A stretch of DNA of 63,860 nucleotides, the filler included, from Lama guanicoe (taxonomy: Eukaryota): the NCBI GenBank assembly GCA_013239625.1. It is 193 parts of 193 records of this genome, joined end to end, with 100 filler letters (N's around TTAATTAATTAA, not from the genome) between each part and the next. Parts side by side here need not be neighbours in the genome. Positions count along the whole stretch, not along the records: positions 12,579 to 12,809 come from PNXV01044062.1; positions 12,910 to 13,140 come from PNXV01044063.1; positions 13,241 to 13,471 come from PNXV01044064.1; positions 13,572 to 13,802 come from PNXV01044065.1; positions 13,903 to 14,133 come from PNXV01044066.1; positions 14,234 to 14,464 come from PNXV01044067.1; positions 14,565 to 14,795 come from PNXV01044068.1; positions 14,896 to 15,126 come from PNXV01044069.1; 185 more parts are not named here. One strand, written 5' to 3'. Below are positions 12,579-24,725 of the stretch, piece after piece. A program made the translations under genes and the position numbers. The notes beneath the pieces are model-generated. The model worked only from the letters and a program-made list of their open reading frames with translations, was not told the DNA's origin and did not search any database. The stretch's first letter is position 1; every line of letters starts with the position of its first letter.

Positions 12579-12809
12579 GCGGCTTGAGCGGTTTGAGAGG
12601 CTTGGGCGGCTTGAGCGGCTTGGGCGGTTTGAGAGGCTTGGGCGGCTTGAGAGGCTTGGGCGGTTTGGTCGGCTTGGGCGGCTTGAGAGGCTTGGTCGGC
12701 TTGGGCGGTTTGGTCGGATTGGGCGGCTTGAGAGGCTTGAGCGGCTTTGGCGGTTTGAGAGGCTTGGGCGGCTTGAGAGGTTTGGGCGGCTTGAGCGGCT
12801 TGGGCGGCT
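12579..12809. repeat. 9-bp tandem repeat (consensus GGCTTGRGC, about 25 units) filling the whole contig
   Basis: Units ggcttgagc / ggtttgaga / ggcttgggc / ggtttggtc. Open on + as (G-L-X)n and on - as (K-P-X)n. Confidence 0.95.
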
Positions 12810-13240
12810 NNNNNNNNNNNNNNNNNNNNNNNNNNNNNNNNNNNNNNNNNNNNTTAATTAATTAANNNNNNNNNNNNNNNNNNNNNNNNNNNNNNNNNNN
12901 NNNNNNNNNGTGTGTGTTCTCCCCGAGAAACCCGTGCTGCACGAGCCAGTGTGTGTGTGTATACACACGTTACAATATTTATCCTCTCCTCTCCTATTTT
13001 TTTATATAAATGATCCTCTCTTCTCTTTCTTTTTATTACATAAATGATTGCATACTGTACACACTGTTCTGTTTCTTCCTTTTTTTTAATTTAATACATC
13101 TCAGAGAGCTTTTTATATCAGTAAATAAAGGCAGTCATGTNNNNNNNNNNNNNNNNNNNNNNNNNNNNNNNNNNNNNNNNNNNNTTAATTAATTAANNNN
13201 NNNNNNNNNNNNNNNNNNNNNNNNNNNNNNNNNNNNNNNN

Positions 13241-13471
13241 TCTTGAAGTTTTTTGTAGATTTCCTTGAATTTTGTACATAGACTATCATGTCACTTGCAA
13301 ATAGGGACAGTATATTTCTTCCTTTCTAATTTATGTCTTTTACTTCCCTTTCCTGCCTTCTTTCCCCAGCTAGAACTTCTCCACAATCTCTTCTAGAAAA
13401 CAGAGGAGGAGGCACCCTTCTCAACTCATTCCATGAAGCTGCTATTACCCTGAAACTGAAGTAAGACAAAG
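13241..13471. mobile_element. L1 ORF2 fragments in opposite orientation joined head-to-head at ~13380
   Basis: 13241-13380 on - resembles the EVLA...KEEILSLFA.DMIVY RT region. 13381-13471 on + resembles the upstream HNLF.K.EEE...NSFHEAAITL region. Confidence 0.75.
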
Positions 13472-15888
13472 NNNNNNNNNNNNNNNNNNNNNNNNNNNNN
13501 NNNNNNNNNNNNNNNTTAATTAATTAANNNNNNNNNNNNNNNNNNNNNNNNNNNNNNNNNNNNNNNNNNNNCATCAAAGTCTGAACTTCGGACTAGAGTT
13601 TGGATTATGTTTTCCTTCATACACTTACTTGTACTTCCCACATTGCATCTCATCTGATGTACATGCTTGCTCGAATCAGAAAGCCGTTGTGAAATCTCCC
13701 TGAGGTACTTAATTGTCCCCCTGGCATAGTGTCATTGTCACAACATCTGCCAATGAAGGTAAGGCGAGGTGGCAGAGGAAGGCCCATCGTCTGGGAATCA
13801 GGNNNNNNNNNNNNNNNNNNNNNNNNNNNNNNNNNNNNNNNNNNNNTTAATTAATTAANNNNNNNNNNNNNNNNNNNNNNNNNNNNNNNNNNNNNNNNNN
13901 NNAAATGGCACTTAGGGTTTGTCTCGCAGAGGCCGTGACAGAGGCGGCTTGCGCCCTGCGTGGTGAGAGTGGTGCCACCAAGCTCCTCTGGGAACTGGGC
14001 TCAGAACCTCAGCGTCCAGCTGCCGCCCCTTTGCATCGTGTCTGTGAGCATTGGCGCTTTGGCTTGATTGATTCTGTGCCTCCCCCAGCAAGATGTGTCC
14101 CAAGGCAGTGGCTTCCTGGCTTTGTGAGGCCGTNNNNNNNNNNNNNNNNNNNNNNNNNNNNNNNNNNNNNNNNNNNNTTAATTAATTAANNNNNNNNNNN
14201 NNNNNNNNNNNNNNNNNNNNNNNNNNNNNNNNNGGTTGAGCTCTCTTATTTGCTTTTTAGAATGTTATTGGATTGTTATTTATTGTTACTTGGTCATAGA
14301 AAGGCTTTTGTTTTGATGATTAGTTTAGAGTTTTGTTGTTTGTGTTTTGTTTTGTTTTCACTTTTCACTTATAGTATGTAAGAAATCTACCACTTTAATA
14401 TCTGCCAGAGATGAAAACTCTAATTCAAAATATCTATGCACCCCAGTGTTCATAGCAGCACCACNNNNNNNNNNNNNNNNNNNNNNNNNNNNNNNNNNNN
14501 NNNNNNNNTTAATTAATTAANNNNNNNNNNNNNNNNNNNNNNNNNNNNNNNNNNNNNNNNNNNNCCTTGGTAATTCCAATATAACTGCCTACATCATTTT
14601 TACAACTGAAAAAGATAGAGGAATCAAAACTTATCCATGTAAAAACAGTCATTAAACACAAAATAAGACAGCAAAAGAGAAGAGGTATAAAGAATGCAGG
14701 ACAGGGAACAGTTAGCAAAACAGCAAGCTCAAAACTTTTCCTATAAATACTTACTTTAAATGGAAGTGAATGAAACTCCCCAATAGAAAGATAAANNNNN
14801 NNNNNNNNNNNNNNNNNNNNNNNNNNNNNNNNNNNNNNNTTAATTAATTAANNNNNNNNNNNNNNNNNNNNNNNNNNNNNNNNNNNNNNNNNNNNAATAA
14901 TTCTTCTCTGAAATCAAAAGGAAATGAGAAAATGTGAATTATTAATTTGCATTAAAGTTTTATTTTTTGCATCAATAAAAAAGAGAGATGTACCAGGGAA
15001 ACAAACAAACAAAACAAGTAAATAAAAGGACCTGTACGTTGCACCTATCCAGCTAGACGCTATTATTGGTCTTTAATGATCAGATGTGTAAAATGAAACT
15101 ATCAACTTCATTTCACAAAGCTGACTNNNNNNNNNNNNNNNNNNNNNNNNNNNNNNNNNNNNNNNNNNNNTTAATTAATTAANNNNNNNNNNNNNNNNNN
15201 NNNNNNNNNNNNNNNNNNNNNNNNNNCGGGAAGGCTGTCTAGGAGAGATGATTACATGAGGACAGCTAAATGGGCCACGCGTCTTTTAACACATGCATAA
15301 CTTCACAAAGTCTTTATAAAATTGTTCTTTTAATTTCAGGACAGACACTCAGCTGTCCAGTGGTGGCAAGAACCAACCTAAAGCTGGAGAGCCTGGGGCT
15401 CAGCGTGGAGTAACTGGGAACATCTGACAGAATCAGGGAATTCATGGATAGAAACTANNNNNNNNNNNNNNNNNNNNNNNNNNNNNNNNNNNNNNNNNNN
15501 NTTAATTAATTAANNNNNNNNNNNNNNNNNNNNNNNNNNNNNNNNNNNNNNNNNNNNTGATGTCGGCTGCCAGCTTTGTGCAAAGTTTGCCTCCCCAGCT
15601 CAGCTCTTCCGCCGCAGTTTAGGAAACTTGTTAGTTGACAGGCATAGCCTTAAGCCATCCCTGCAGCTTCCCGGGCGTCTCTCAAAGCAAAACGTGTGCA
15701 CAGAAGCCAAAGGAGGTCTCGCTCCCCTGGAAACCAGATGTGGCACTCATGATGGACTCTTTCGATCTCTGGGCTGTTTCTCCACCTCNNNNNNNNNNNN
15801 NNNNNNNNNNNNNNNNNNNNNNNNNNNNNNNNTTAATTAATTAANNNNNNNNNNNNNNNNNNNNNNNNNNNNNNNNNNNNNNNNNNNN

Positions 15889-16119
15889 TTTTTATTTTCA
15901 TATTTTTTATTATCAGTTACTAAAAATATTGAATATAATTCTCTGTGCTATACAGAAGAAACTTGCTTATTTTATATATGTAATCAGTATCGGCAAATCT
16001 TGAACTCCCAGTTTATCCCTTCCCACCCTTTTCCCCTTCCCCTGTAACTGTAAGTTTGTTTCCTACATCTGTGAGTCAGTTTCTGCTTTATAAATAAGTT
16101 CATTTATGTCTTTTTTTTT
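15889..16119 (-). mobile_element. Lineage-specific L1 3' UTR fragment
   Basis: The reverse complement parallels 61971-62202 (gggtgggaagggataaactgggagttcaagattt...tttcttctgtatagcacag). Confidence 0.85.
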
Positions 16120-19100
16120 NNNNNNNNNNNNNNNNNNNNNNNNNNNNNNNNNNNNNNNNNNNNTTAATTAATTAANNNNNNNNNNNNNNNNNNNNNNNNN
16201 NNNNNNNNNNNNNNNNNNNTAAAAGGGACCAGAATTAGCTGCCTAATCCCTGAGAAAACTCCTGGCTAATCTCTGGAATTGAAGTAAGAAAGGATGACAG
16301 ATTCTTAGGTCTTCTGCTTTCTGGGAAGAACAATAGTGAGGATTTTGATATGAGTTTTGTTGTAGCAATGAGTCTTATTTCTGTATCTTTGGTCCTTTGT
16401 TGGATTTATAATTATATTTGTAATAGTTCTACTAGGGTTTATATCTATTANNNNNNNNNNNNNNNNNNNNNNNNNNNNNNNNNNNNNNNNNNNNTTAATT
16501 AATTAANNNNNNNNNNNNNNNNNNNNNNNNNNNNNNNNNNNNNNNNNNNNACCATCACTTTCCAGTTCCCTCTGGCCCCAAAGAGGAGAGCTCAGCAAGG
16601 ACAAATGCTTGGCAGGGTCACCGAGCCAAGGCCAGACCCCTGAGAGCCCCATCCCGCCCCTTCCCACGAGGCCTCAGAGCTGTGGGTCAGGTGCTCCGGC
16701 GTGAGCTCCCGCACCTCAAGGCTCCCACCCCTGCCACACGCCAGGGGGAAGCCAGGGCCCCGTGGCTGTGGTGAAGTCCTTNNNNNNNNNNNNNNNNNNN
16801 NNNNNNNNNNNNNNNNNNNNNNNNNTTAATTAATTAANNNNNNNNNNNNNNNNNNNNNNNNNNNNNNNNNNNNNNNNNNNNCTGGCCTTCCAGAGCAGGT
16901 TCCAGAAGGTGGATGTGTTCTGTGGTATAACGCATCCCTCTTCTGGCCACATGGGCTCCTTGAGGAATGAGCAAGAACAGAAGCGGAGCATCCTTAGAGC
17001 CTGGATAGATCATGGACTGTGATACGGGGACCAGCTTTGGCCATGAAACTGAATGACCATAACTTCAAGGGGAATGAAAAATTAAAGGAATTGGACCAAT
17101 GGAGAGGAGGGGNNNNNNNNNNNNNNNNNNNNNNNNNNNNNNNNNNNNNNNNNNNNTTAATTAATTAANNNNNNNNNNNNNNNNNNNNNNNNNNNNNNNN
17201 NNNNNNNNNNNNCCAGAGATGAGAAACATCTGAAGGTGGAGGAAAAAAGGTGGAGGTGGGGAACACAAAGTCTTTTCTCCTTATGCTACTGAAGAAATGA
17301 TTGCTTTGGTAATTAATGATGATGCCCTTTAAATTGTTGAGGTCGAGATTCCACAGCTTCAGCGCCTGTGAATAACCAGACGGGAGAAAGCTACCCAGGG
17401 CCCCTGCAGTGGGAAAGGCAGCCCCTCTGAGCACCTGTTGTTCNNNNNNNNNNNNNNNNNNNNNNNNNNNNNNNNNNNNNNNNNNNNTTAATTAATTAAN
17501 NNNNNNNNNNNNNNNNNNNNNNNNNNNNNNNNNNNNNNNNNNNCCCTCTGCCTGGGGCTGTAAACAAGTCTCAGTCCCGCCTGGGAGGTTGCGGAGCCCC
17601 CAGATGAGGATTCAGGTTTCCGCCCGGCCTCCGCCCGGGAGCCGCACGCGAGAATATGGTGGCTGTCGCTGAGCCCCGCCTTTATGGTGCCACAGGTCTG
17701 CAGAGACAAAGGCTATGGCGCCCCTCCCCCCAGGGCACACCAGCAATGTTGCTTTGCTTTTTTTCTGTGTGTATNNNNNNNNNNNNNNNNNNNNNNNNNN
17801 NNNNNNNNNNNNNNNNNNTTAATTAATTAANNNNNNNNNNNNNNNNNNNNNNNNNNNNNNNNNNNNNNNNNNNNTCTAATGACTGTTTTCTTAAATAAGA
17901 AATAGATTCCTTTCTGTAAGATACCTGTTTCCATTCTAATGCGGTCCAGTCATTTCTCCATGTCGCCATGCACATGGTGAGAAGAAATTAGTGACTGAAT
18001 GAGTGACCAGGAGTGTATGTGATAGCACTGTTCTGACATTGAAACCCTGTGCTCTGTGGAAAACTTTAGTCTTGATCATGCTGAATTTTACTGAAAAAAA
18101 AAAAANNNNNNNNNNNNNNNNNNNNNNNNNNNNNNNNNNNNNNNNNNNNTTAATTAATTAANNNNNNNNNNNNNNNNNNNNNNNNNNNNNNNNNNNNNNN
18201 NNNNNCGGTGGAAGTTCTCACAAATACTCTCTCAGAATCACCTTTTGATGATTCTGAGTTCCTCTGTTGACCTACTGATTTTGTTTGTTTACTATTAGAT
18301 AATGTGAATTTATTATTTCACTTGGATAGTGGATAAAAGCAGCTTCACATCATTGGTAACTCATGAAACAGAAGGTCACTCTTGCAGTAAATTCTAGCAA
18401 ATTCTGATGGATATTTATTTATGGGTAGTAGAAGCTNNNNNNNNNNNNNNNNNNNNNNNNNNNNNNNNNNNNNNNNNNNNTTAATTAATTAANNNNNNNN
18501 NNNNNNNNNNNNNNNNNNNNNNNNNNNNNNNNNNNNATAAATTACTGTATGCATAGAAATCTAGAGAATATAATGAAGTAAAAGAATATTTTCAAAAAGC
18601 TTACAGCCTACTTCAGGATTGTATTGTACACTAAGAAGTGGGGCTGAATTTCTAGAAGACTCTGTTTGTGTGATATATAATTCCTCTGGGTTTGCAGCGC
18701 CAACTTAAAACTGAAAATTTTTAATTGTTGATGTTAAATGCAACATATATACATTACACAGATGAGANNNNNNNNNNNNNNNNNNNNNNNNNNNNNNNNN
18801 NNNNNNNNNNNTTAATTAATTAANNNNNNNNNNNNNNNNNNNNNNNNNNNNNNNNNNNNNNNNNNNNTCCTTAAGACCAGACTAACAGATGAGACAGAAA
18901 GGAGACAGCACGTTCACAGAGGGAATAATTGTGAAGTTTAAGTTATGTCCCAAGCACTGCTCTGGGACCTGGAAATTCTGCACTGGAAAAAACAAGAAAG
19001 ATCAGTCCACTAGGACCCAGGAGGCTTACTGGGCTTGAAAATGGTGCTCGGTTAGCCTTTTCTCCTCGGGAGCTGGGCCAAACTCCTCCCAAGACCCTNN

Positions 19101-19860
19101 NNNNNNNNNNNNNNNNNNNNNNNNNNNNNNNNNNNNNNNNNNTTAATTAATTAANNNNNNNNNNNNNNNNNNNNNNNNNNNNNNNNNNNNNNNNNNNNGC
19201 TTAGCATCAGTTAGCTCCAACTCAACTCAATTGTCCTTTTTCTTCCTTGTTCTTTAGGTGAGACCCCAATGATCATGCTATAGAGATTTGTCAAGGGTAA
19301 GCCCTCAAAAAGTGAGAACCATGACTTGTCCAGTGGAGTCTTCATTCTAGTTGCCCTGTCCCCAAGGCTCACCAGGCCTCGTTCAACCCAGCAACACACA
19401 TACCAAGGATCTATAAACCCACAGAATGANNNNNNNNNNNNNNNNNNNNNNNNNNNNNNNNNNNNNNNNNNNNTTAATTAATTAANNNNNNNNNNNNNNN
19501 NNNNNNNNNNNNNNNNNNNNNNNNNNNNNTATTTTGCATTTATCTGAATGCTGATGAGGTTTACTGCACTTTGGTGAATTTTCTGTTTGGGTCCCAAGCT
19601 TCTTTTTTCTTACTGATTTGTAAATACTCTTTACATTGTCTGATTACTACTCCCTTTATTGTATTTTACACTTTACCTGTGTTTTTACCTAATCTGCTAT
19701 TTCTTTTCAACTTAAAGGGCAGTTCCCAACCCCATTACCTAGACTACAGGCAATTTGTAANNNNNNNNNNNNNNNNNNNNNNNNNNNNNNNNNNNNNNNN
19801 NNNNTTAATTAATTAANNNNNNNNNNNNNNNNNNNNNNNNNNNNNNNNNNNNNNNNNNNN

Positions 19861-19975
19861 ACCCCCATTTACACAGACAGGGAAGGCAGACTTGGAGGGT
19901 GAGGTGGGGTAACCAAGATCGCGCTGCAGTAAGTGGAACAGGCAGCTGCTGAACCCAGACACCTGGTCCAAAGCC
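19861..19975 (-). mobile_element. MIR SINE fragment
   Basis: cccatttacacagacagggaaggcagact...ccaagatcgcgctgcagtaagtgg...ctgaacccagacacctggtccaaagcc. Confidence 0.7.
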
Positions 19976-20522
19976 AGCGCTCGGATGCTCGGTGCCGGCC
20001 ACTCACCCCGCCCCTCTCAAAACACAGGCTCGGGCGTTAGGGAGGTCTGAGTGCACATTCTAGTCTGGCGGCTGCTGTGTGCCTGGAGGAANNNNNNNNN
20101 NNNNNNNNNNNNNNNNNNNNNNNNNNNNNNNNNNNTTAATTAATTAANNNNNNNNNNNNNNNNNNNNNNNNNNNNNNNNNNNNNNNNNNNNAATGCACAC
20201 AAGCTTTGCTTTACCTGCAAAGACAAAAGAAAGTTATGATAAAATATCCTATTGATTTACATTTTTCTTTGTCATTCTGCAGATCATGGTTTATGTCTGT
20301 GCAGCTTTGATCACTAAATATAAATTCTGTCAGGTATTGCCCTGCTCTGTTCTGTTCTAATGTATTTTTCTCAGACACAATATAATTTAATTTTTCCTTA
20401 AAAGAATAGGAAGAAAAAAAGANNNNNNNNNNNNNNNNNNNNNNNNNNNNNNNNNNNNNNNNNNNNTTAATTAATTAANNNNNNNNNNNNNNNNNNNNNN
20501 NNNNNNNNNNNNNNNNNNNNNN

Positions 20523-20753
20523 CAGGTGGAACAGGTTCAAGTTACTTAATGTAACCGGAAAGGCGGTACGGCGCTGTGTCTCTGCCAGGGGCGAGTTGTT
20601 GAATTTCAACTCCTGGAGCTGCTGAAAGCCTTATTACGCTGTGTACCTGTTAAATCTTTGCACTTTCGAAGGGAAAGTCAGTTTTCTCAGTCCCTCCAAG
20701 ACGGACTCCATTTGGGAGACATGAGCGAGTGGGAAAAGTTGGTTAGCTGTGTT
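20523..20753. repeat. Multi-copy sequence, copy 1 (about 97% identical to 23833-24063)
   Basis: 7 substitutions in 231 nt with no indels. The first 49 nt are identical. Confidence 0.93.
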
Positions 20754-21372
20754 NNNNNNNNNNNNNNNNNNNNNNNNNNNNNNNNNNNNNNNNNNNNTTA
20801 ATTAATTAANNNNNNNNNNNNNNNNNNNNNNNNNNNNNNNNNNNNNNNNNNNNTATGTGTTTTACTATATTTCTTTTGCAAAAGCTTAGGCAATAATTCT
20901 TAGAGAAAGTTAATTCACAATATTTGTATCAAGGGTATTATAGATCAACAGGCTGGTGAAATCAGCAGTTTTCCATAAGTTTAAAATTCAGCAATTCAGG
21001 ATTATTTATGCACAAGGATTTCCAGATGCATCTGGATCATACTAAAAAATAAACTCTCCTGGATCCTAAAATTACACATATCTANNNNNNNNNNNNNNNN
21101 NNNNNNNNNNNNNNNNNNNNNNNNNNNNTTAATTAATTAANNNNNNNNNNNNNNNNNNNNNNNNNNNNNNNNNNNNNNNNNNNNTTAAAAGCCCCCTCAC
21201 CTTTGCGTCATTCCACAAGGCCATTCTCTCCTGGAAGGTTTTAACATGGAGCGTACCACGATCAGATTTCTACTCTAGAGAAATCGCTCAAAATCACACA
21301 ATGGCGTTTTCCCAGCGTCTGGCACATAATACATATTTATAAAATGTTGTGTAATATTAGAAAAAGTTTAAA

Positions 21373-21415
21373 CGGAAGTACTTGAGATTGAACTCAGGAC
21401 CTCGTGCATGCTAAG
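21373..21415 (-). mobile_element. Vic-1-type camelid SINE fragment
   Basis: ggaagtacttgagattgaactcaggacctcgtgcatgctaag is the reverse complement of the B-box region of the SINE at 43198-43281. Confidence 0.8.
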
Positions 21416-21846
21416 NNNNNNNNNNNNNNNNNNNNNNNNNNNNNNNNNNNNNNNNNNNNTTAATTAATTAANNNNNNNNNNNNNNNNNNNNNNNNNNNNN
21501 NNNNNNNNNNNNNNNTCCTCTGACCAGGAGGACATCTGTTTCTGCACTGGGCTGCTGGGCTTGGAGGACGGATGGTGGGGGTAGCCTATCTTTCCTGCCT
21601 TCAGAGCATCACTGCACCTTTTCATATTTCTGGCTTCACCCAGGTGCTGTAATCCATCACCTATATTCATAGTTCTTAGGAAGGTATTCTCATGCACAGA
21701 ACGTTGTTCAAATTGGTGTTTTTGTTTTATTTTTAACATGAAGGTTNNNNNNNNNNNNNNNNNNNNNNNNNNNNNNNNNNNNNNNNNNNNTTAATTAATT
21801 AANNNNNNNNNNNNNNNNNNNNNNNNNNNNNNNNNNNNNNNNNNNN

Positions 21847-22077
21847 CCATCAGCAGTGTATGAGTGTCTTAATTTCTTCACATCCCTCACCAAGATTTGT
21901 TATTATCTGCCTTTTAAAAATTATACTCATCCTAGTGGCTGTGACATACTATTTCATTGTGGCTTTGATTTGCATTTCCCTGATGGCTAATGACGTTCAA
22001 TATTTCTTCATGTCCTGAATGGCCATTACTTTATCTTCTTTGCAAATATCTATTATGATCTTTGCCCATTTTTAATT
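21847..22077 (-). mobile_element. L1M ORF2 C-terminal fragment
   Basis: ccatcagcagtgtatgag...catcctagtgg...cattgtggctttgatttgcatttccctgatggctaatga is a canonical antisense L1 motif. Confidence 0.9.
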
Positions 22078-22839
22078 NNNNNNNNNNNNNNNNNNNNNNN
22101 NNNNNNNNNNNNNNNNNNNNNTTAATTAATTAANNNNNNNNNNNNNNNNNNNNNNNNNNNNNNNNNNNNNNNNNNNNCCCCGTGAAGAAAAATCAAGTCA
22201 GAAACTTCCCTGTTCCTCCTCCTCTCATGGCAATGTATTTTCTTTTGTGTTTTTTATTATAAGTGAGCACCCTTAGAGGAGATTTCTCTTTTATTCTTTT
22301 TGAACTTCTAGTCATTTTTAAAATATGTTGAAATAGAACAGGTTTTAGACAGGCCATGTACTTTTCTTCTAACAGATAAGTTTATATATAGTCTGGCTGC
22401 TTCTTGCTNNNNNNNNNNNNNNNNNNNNNNNNNNNNNNNNNNNNNNNNNNNNTTAATTAATTAANNNNNNNNNNNNNNNNNNNNNNNNNNNNNNNNNNNN
22501 NNNNNNNNGAAAGTCCTGGGCACGCAGCCAGGCTGAGCAGAGCTGCAGCTGCACAGCGGAAGGTCCCCAGGGCTGTCCACTAATGCCCTGCCAGCCACCA
22601 GCCCGAGCATCTTCCCTGCAGCAGGTGCGCAACCGAGGGATGGGGTCTCTCTCCAGTTACAGGCGGTAAAACCAAGACTTTAGAGAGACTGACTTGCCCG
22701 AGGTACCGGAAAAGGCAGAACTCAAGGCGTTTGTTTCTGNNNNNNNNNNNNNNNNNNNNNNNNNNNNNNNNNNNNNNNNNNNNTTAATTAATTAANNNNN
22801 NNNNNNNNNNNNNNNNNNNNNNNNNNNNNNNNNNNNNNN

Positions 22840-23070
22840 CTCCGTGGGGTTTAACGTTCGAAGCTCGCGTTCGGTGCCGTTTGTTCCAGACCATTCCCTC
22901 CTTACCCGCCCTCACGCCCGCGGCGCTCCCAGCACCTCCTGGCCTCTTCGCGTCTAGTCTCACTCGCTCCACAGAGGACCCCGCGGCAGCCCATCCACCG
23001 CGGCCCCGGCGGCCCCGCTCCCGCCCCCGGCGGGGGCGGGGGCCGGGAGCCGGGCAATGCCTTTTCCGGT
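22840..23070. promoter_or_regulatory. CpG-island fragment
   Basis: CpG-dense with GC boxes (ccgcccc, ggggcgggg). Confidence 0.65.
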
Positions 23071-23170
23071 NNNNNNNNNNNNNNNNNNNNNNNNNNNNNN
23101 NNNNNNNNNNNNNNTTAATTAATTAANNNNNNNNNNNNNNNNNNNNNNNNNNNNNNNNNNNNNNNNNNNN

Positions 23171-23401
23171 GGAATAATTTCAACTTTCAAGTCTTATTAA
23201 AGAAGTACATTTCATAAGGCTATATATAGCTGCCACAGACAATGATTCCTTTGATGGATCTGGGCAAAGTCAATTGAAAAACCTTCTGGAGATGATTCAC
23301 CATCTAGATGTCATTACGGACATTCATAATTCATGGAAAGAGGTAGAAATATCAACATTAACAGGGGTTTGGAAGTTGATTCCAATCCTCATGGATGACT
23401 T
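23171..23401 (+). mobile_element. Tigger1 (TcMar-Tigger) transposase fragment, degenerate
   Basis: GIISTFKSY...AA.DNDSFDGSGQSQLKTFW...IHNSWKEVEISTLTGVW/KLIPILMDD matches the Tigger1 DDE region, with stops and frameshifts. Confidence 0.92.
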
Positions 23402-23501
23402 NNNNNNNNNNNNNNNNNNNNNNNNNNNNNNNNNNNNNNNNNNNNTTAATTAATTAANNNNNNNNNNNNNNNNNNNNNNNNNNNNNNNNNNNNNNNNNNN
23501 N

Positions 23502-23732
23502 TAAAATATAAAAAGAATACCTATAAATCAGTAAGAGAAAGGCAGAACATCCAATAGAAAATGGACAGGAATCCTGAATAGACATTTCACACAAAAAAGA
23601 TGTTAAAATAACTGAAATTACCAATAAGCATGTGAAAAGGTGCTTAGTCTCCTAAGTCATCAGTAAAATGTGATTCTAAACCACAGCTTGACACCACTAT
23701 ATCCACATGTAAATGGCTAAAATTAAAGGCTG
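23502..23732 (+). mobile_element. Old L1M ORF2 fragment
   Basis: ccaatagaaaatgg...gaatagacatttcaca...ccaataagcatgtgaaaaggtgct...aatggctaaaattaaa. Confidence 0.8.
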
Positions 23733-23832
23733 NNNNNNNNNNNNNNNNNNNNNNNNNNNNNNNNNNNNNNNNNNNNTTAATTAATTAANNNNNNNNNNNN
23801 NNNNNNNNNNNNNNNNNNNNNNNNNNNNNNNN

Positions 23833-24063
23833 CAGGTGGAACAGGTTCAAGTTACTTAATGTAACCGGAAAGGCGGTACGGTGCTGTGTCTCTGCCAGGG
23901 GAGAGTTGTTGAATTTCAACTCCTGGAGCTGCTGAAAGCCTTTTTACGCGGTGTACCTGTTAAATCTTTGCACTTTCGAAGTGAAAGTCAGTTTTCTCAG
24001 TCCCTCCAAGACGAACTCCATTTGGGAGACATGAGCGAGTGGGAAAAGTTGGTTAGTTGTGTT
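23833..24063. repeat. Multi-copy sequence, copy 2 (about 97% identical to 20523-20753)
   Basis: Direct comparison of the two contigs. Confidence 0.93.
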
Positions 24064-24315
24064 NNNNNNNNNNNNNNNNNNNNNNNNNNNNNNNNNNNNN
24101 NNNNNNNTTAATTAATTAANNNNNNNNNNNNNNNNNNNNNNNNNNNNNNNNNNNNNNNNNNNNCCGGCTGCTGCACTGCTGATGTGGGGATCAAATCCCT
24201 GAGCTCATCAGGGGTACAGGCTGCACCCCTCCCCGATAGATCCCTGGCTGAGTGTCCCTGCTGCCTCTGCCCTTGCACCCCTTGAACGTAATAACCCGTG
24301 TCTGCTCACATCCAG

Positions 24316-24394
24316 GCGAAGAAGTGCATCTCCTCCCACCTCAGCACGTTGGCAGATTTTGCCATCGAGATGTTCGACGTCCTGGATGAGATCA
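24316..24394 (+). CDS. ADCY1: Adenylate cyclase 1, partial coding exon of the C2 catalytic domain
   Basis: After the acceptor ctgctcacatccag, it reads AKKCISSHLSTLADFAIEMFDVLDEI, the ADCY1-specific sequence preceding NYQSYNDF. Truncated by the contig end. Confidence 0.92.
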
Positions 24395-24494
24395 NNNNNN
24401 NNNNNNNNNNNNNNNNNNNNNNNNNNNNNNNNNNNNNNTTAATTAATTAANNNNNNNNNNNNNNNNNNNNNNNNNNNNNNNNNNNNNNNNNNNN

Positions 24495-24725
24495 GCCGCG
24501 GCCGTGGCCGCTGGGCCCTGGGCGCGGCGCCCTCCCGGGACGCGCCGCCCGAACCCCCCGCGCGCCGGGACAAGTGCAGTGACAAAGCCCCAGGGCCAGG
24601 CCCGGCGCTGGCCGGCGGGAAGGAGGACGCGGCGTCCCTCCCAGGCGGTGGCGGCGACGGCCCAGCCCCCAGGAAGCCGGGCGCGCCGGCCAGGCCCCGC
24701 GCCCAGCCCCGCTCCGAGCCCGCCC
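24495..24725. promoter_or_regulatory. CpG-island fragment
   Basis: Extremely GC- and CpG-rich, with an ETS-like caggaag and GC boxes. Confidence 0.65.

Noticed and set aside
12584..12865. Glycine/leucine-rich protein on the plus strand
   Set aside because: This is an automatic consequence of a stop-free 9-bp repeat. It has no ATG, and the variation fits the opposite frame better.
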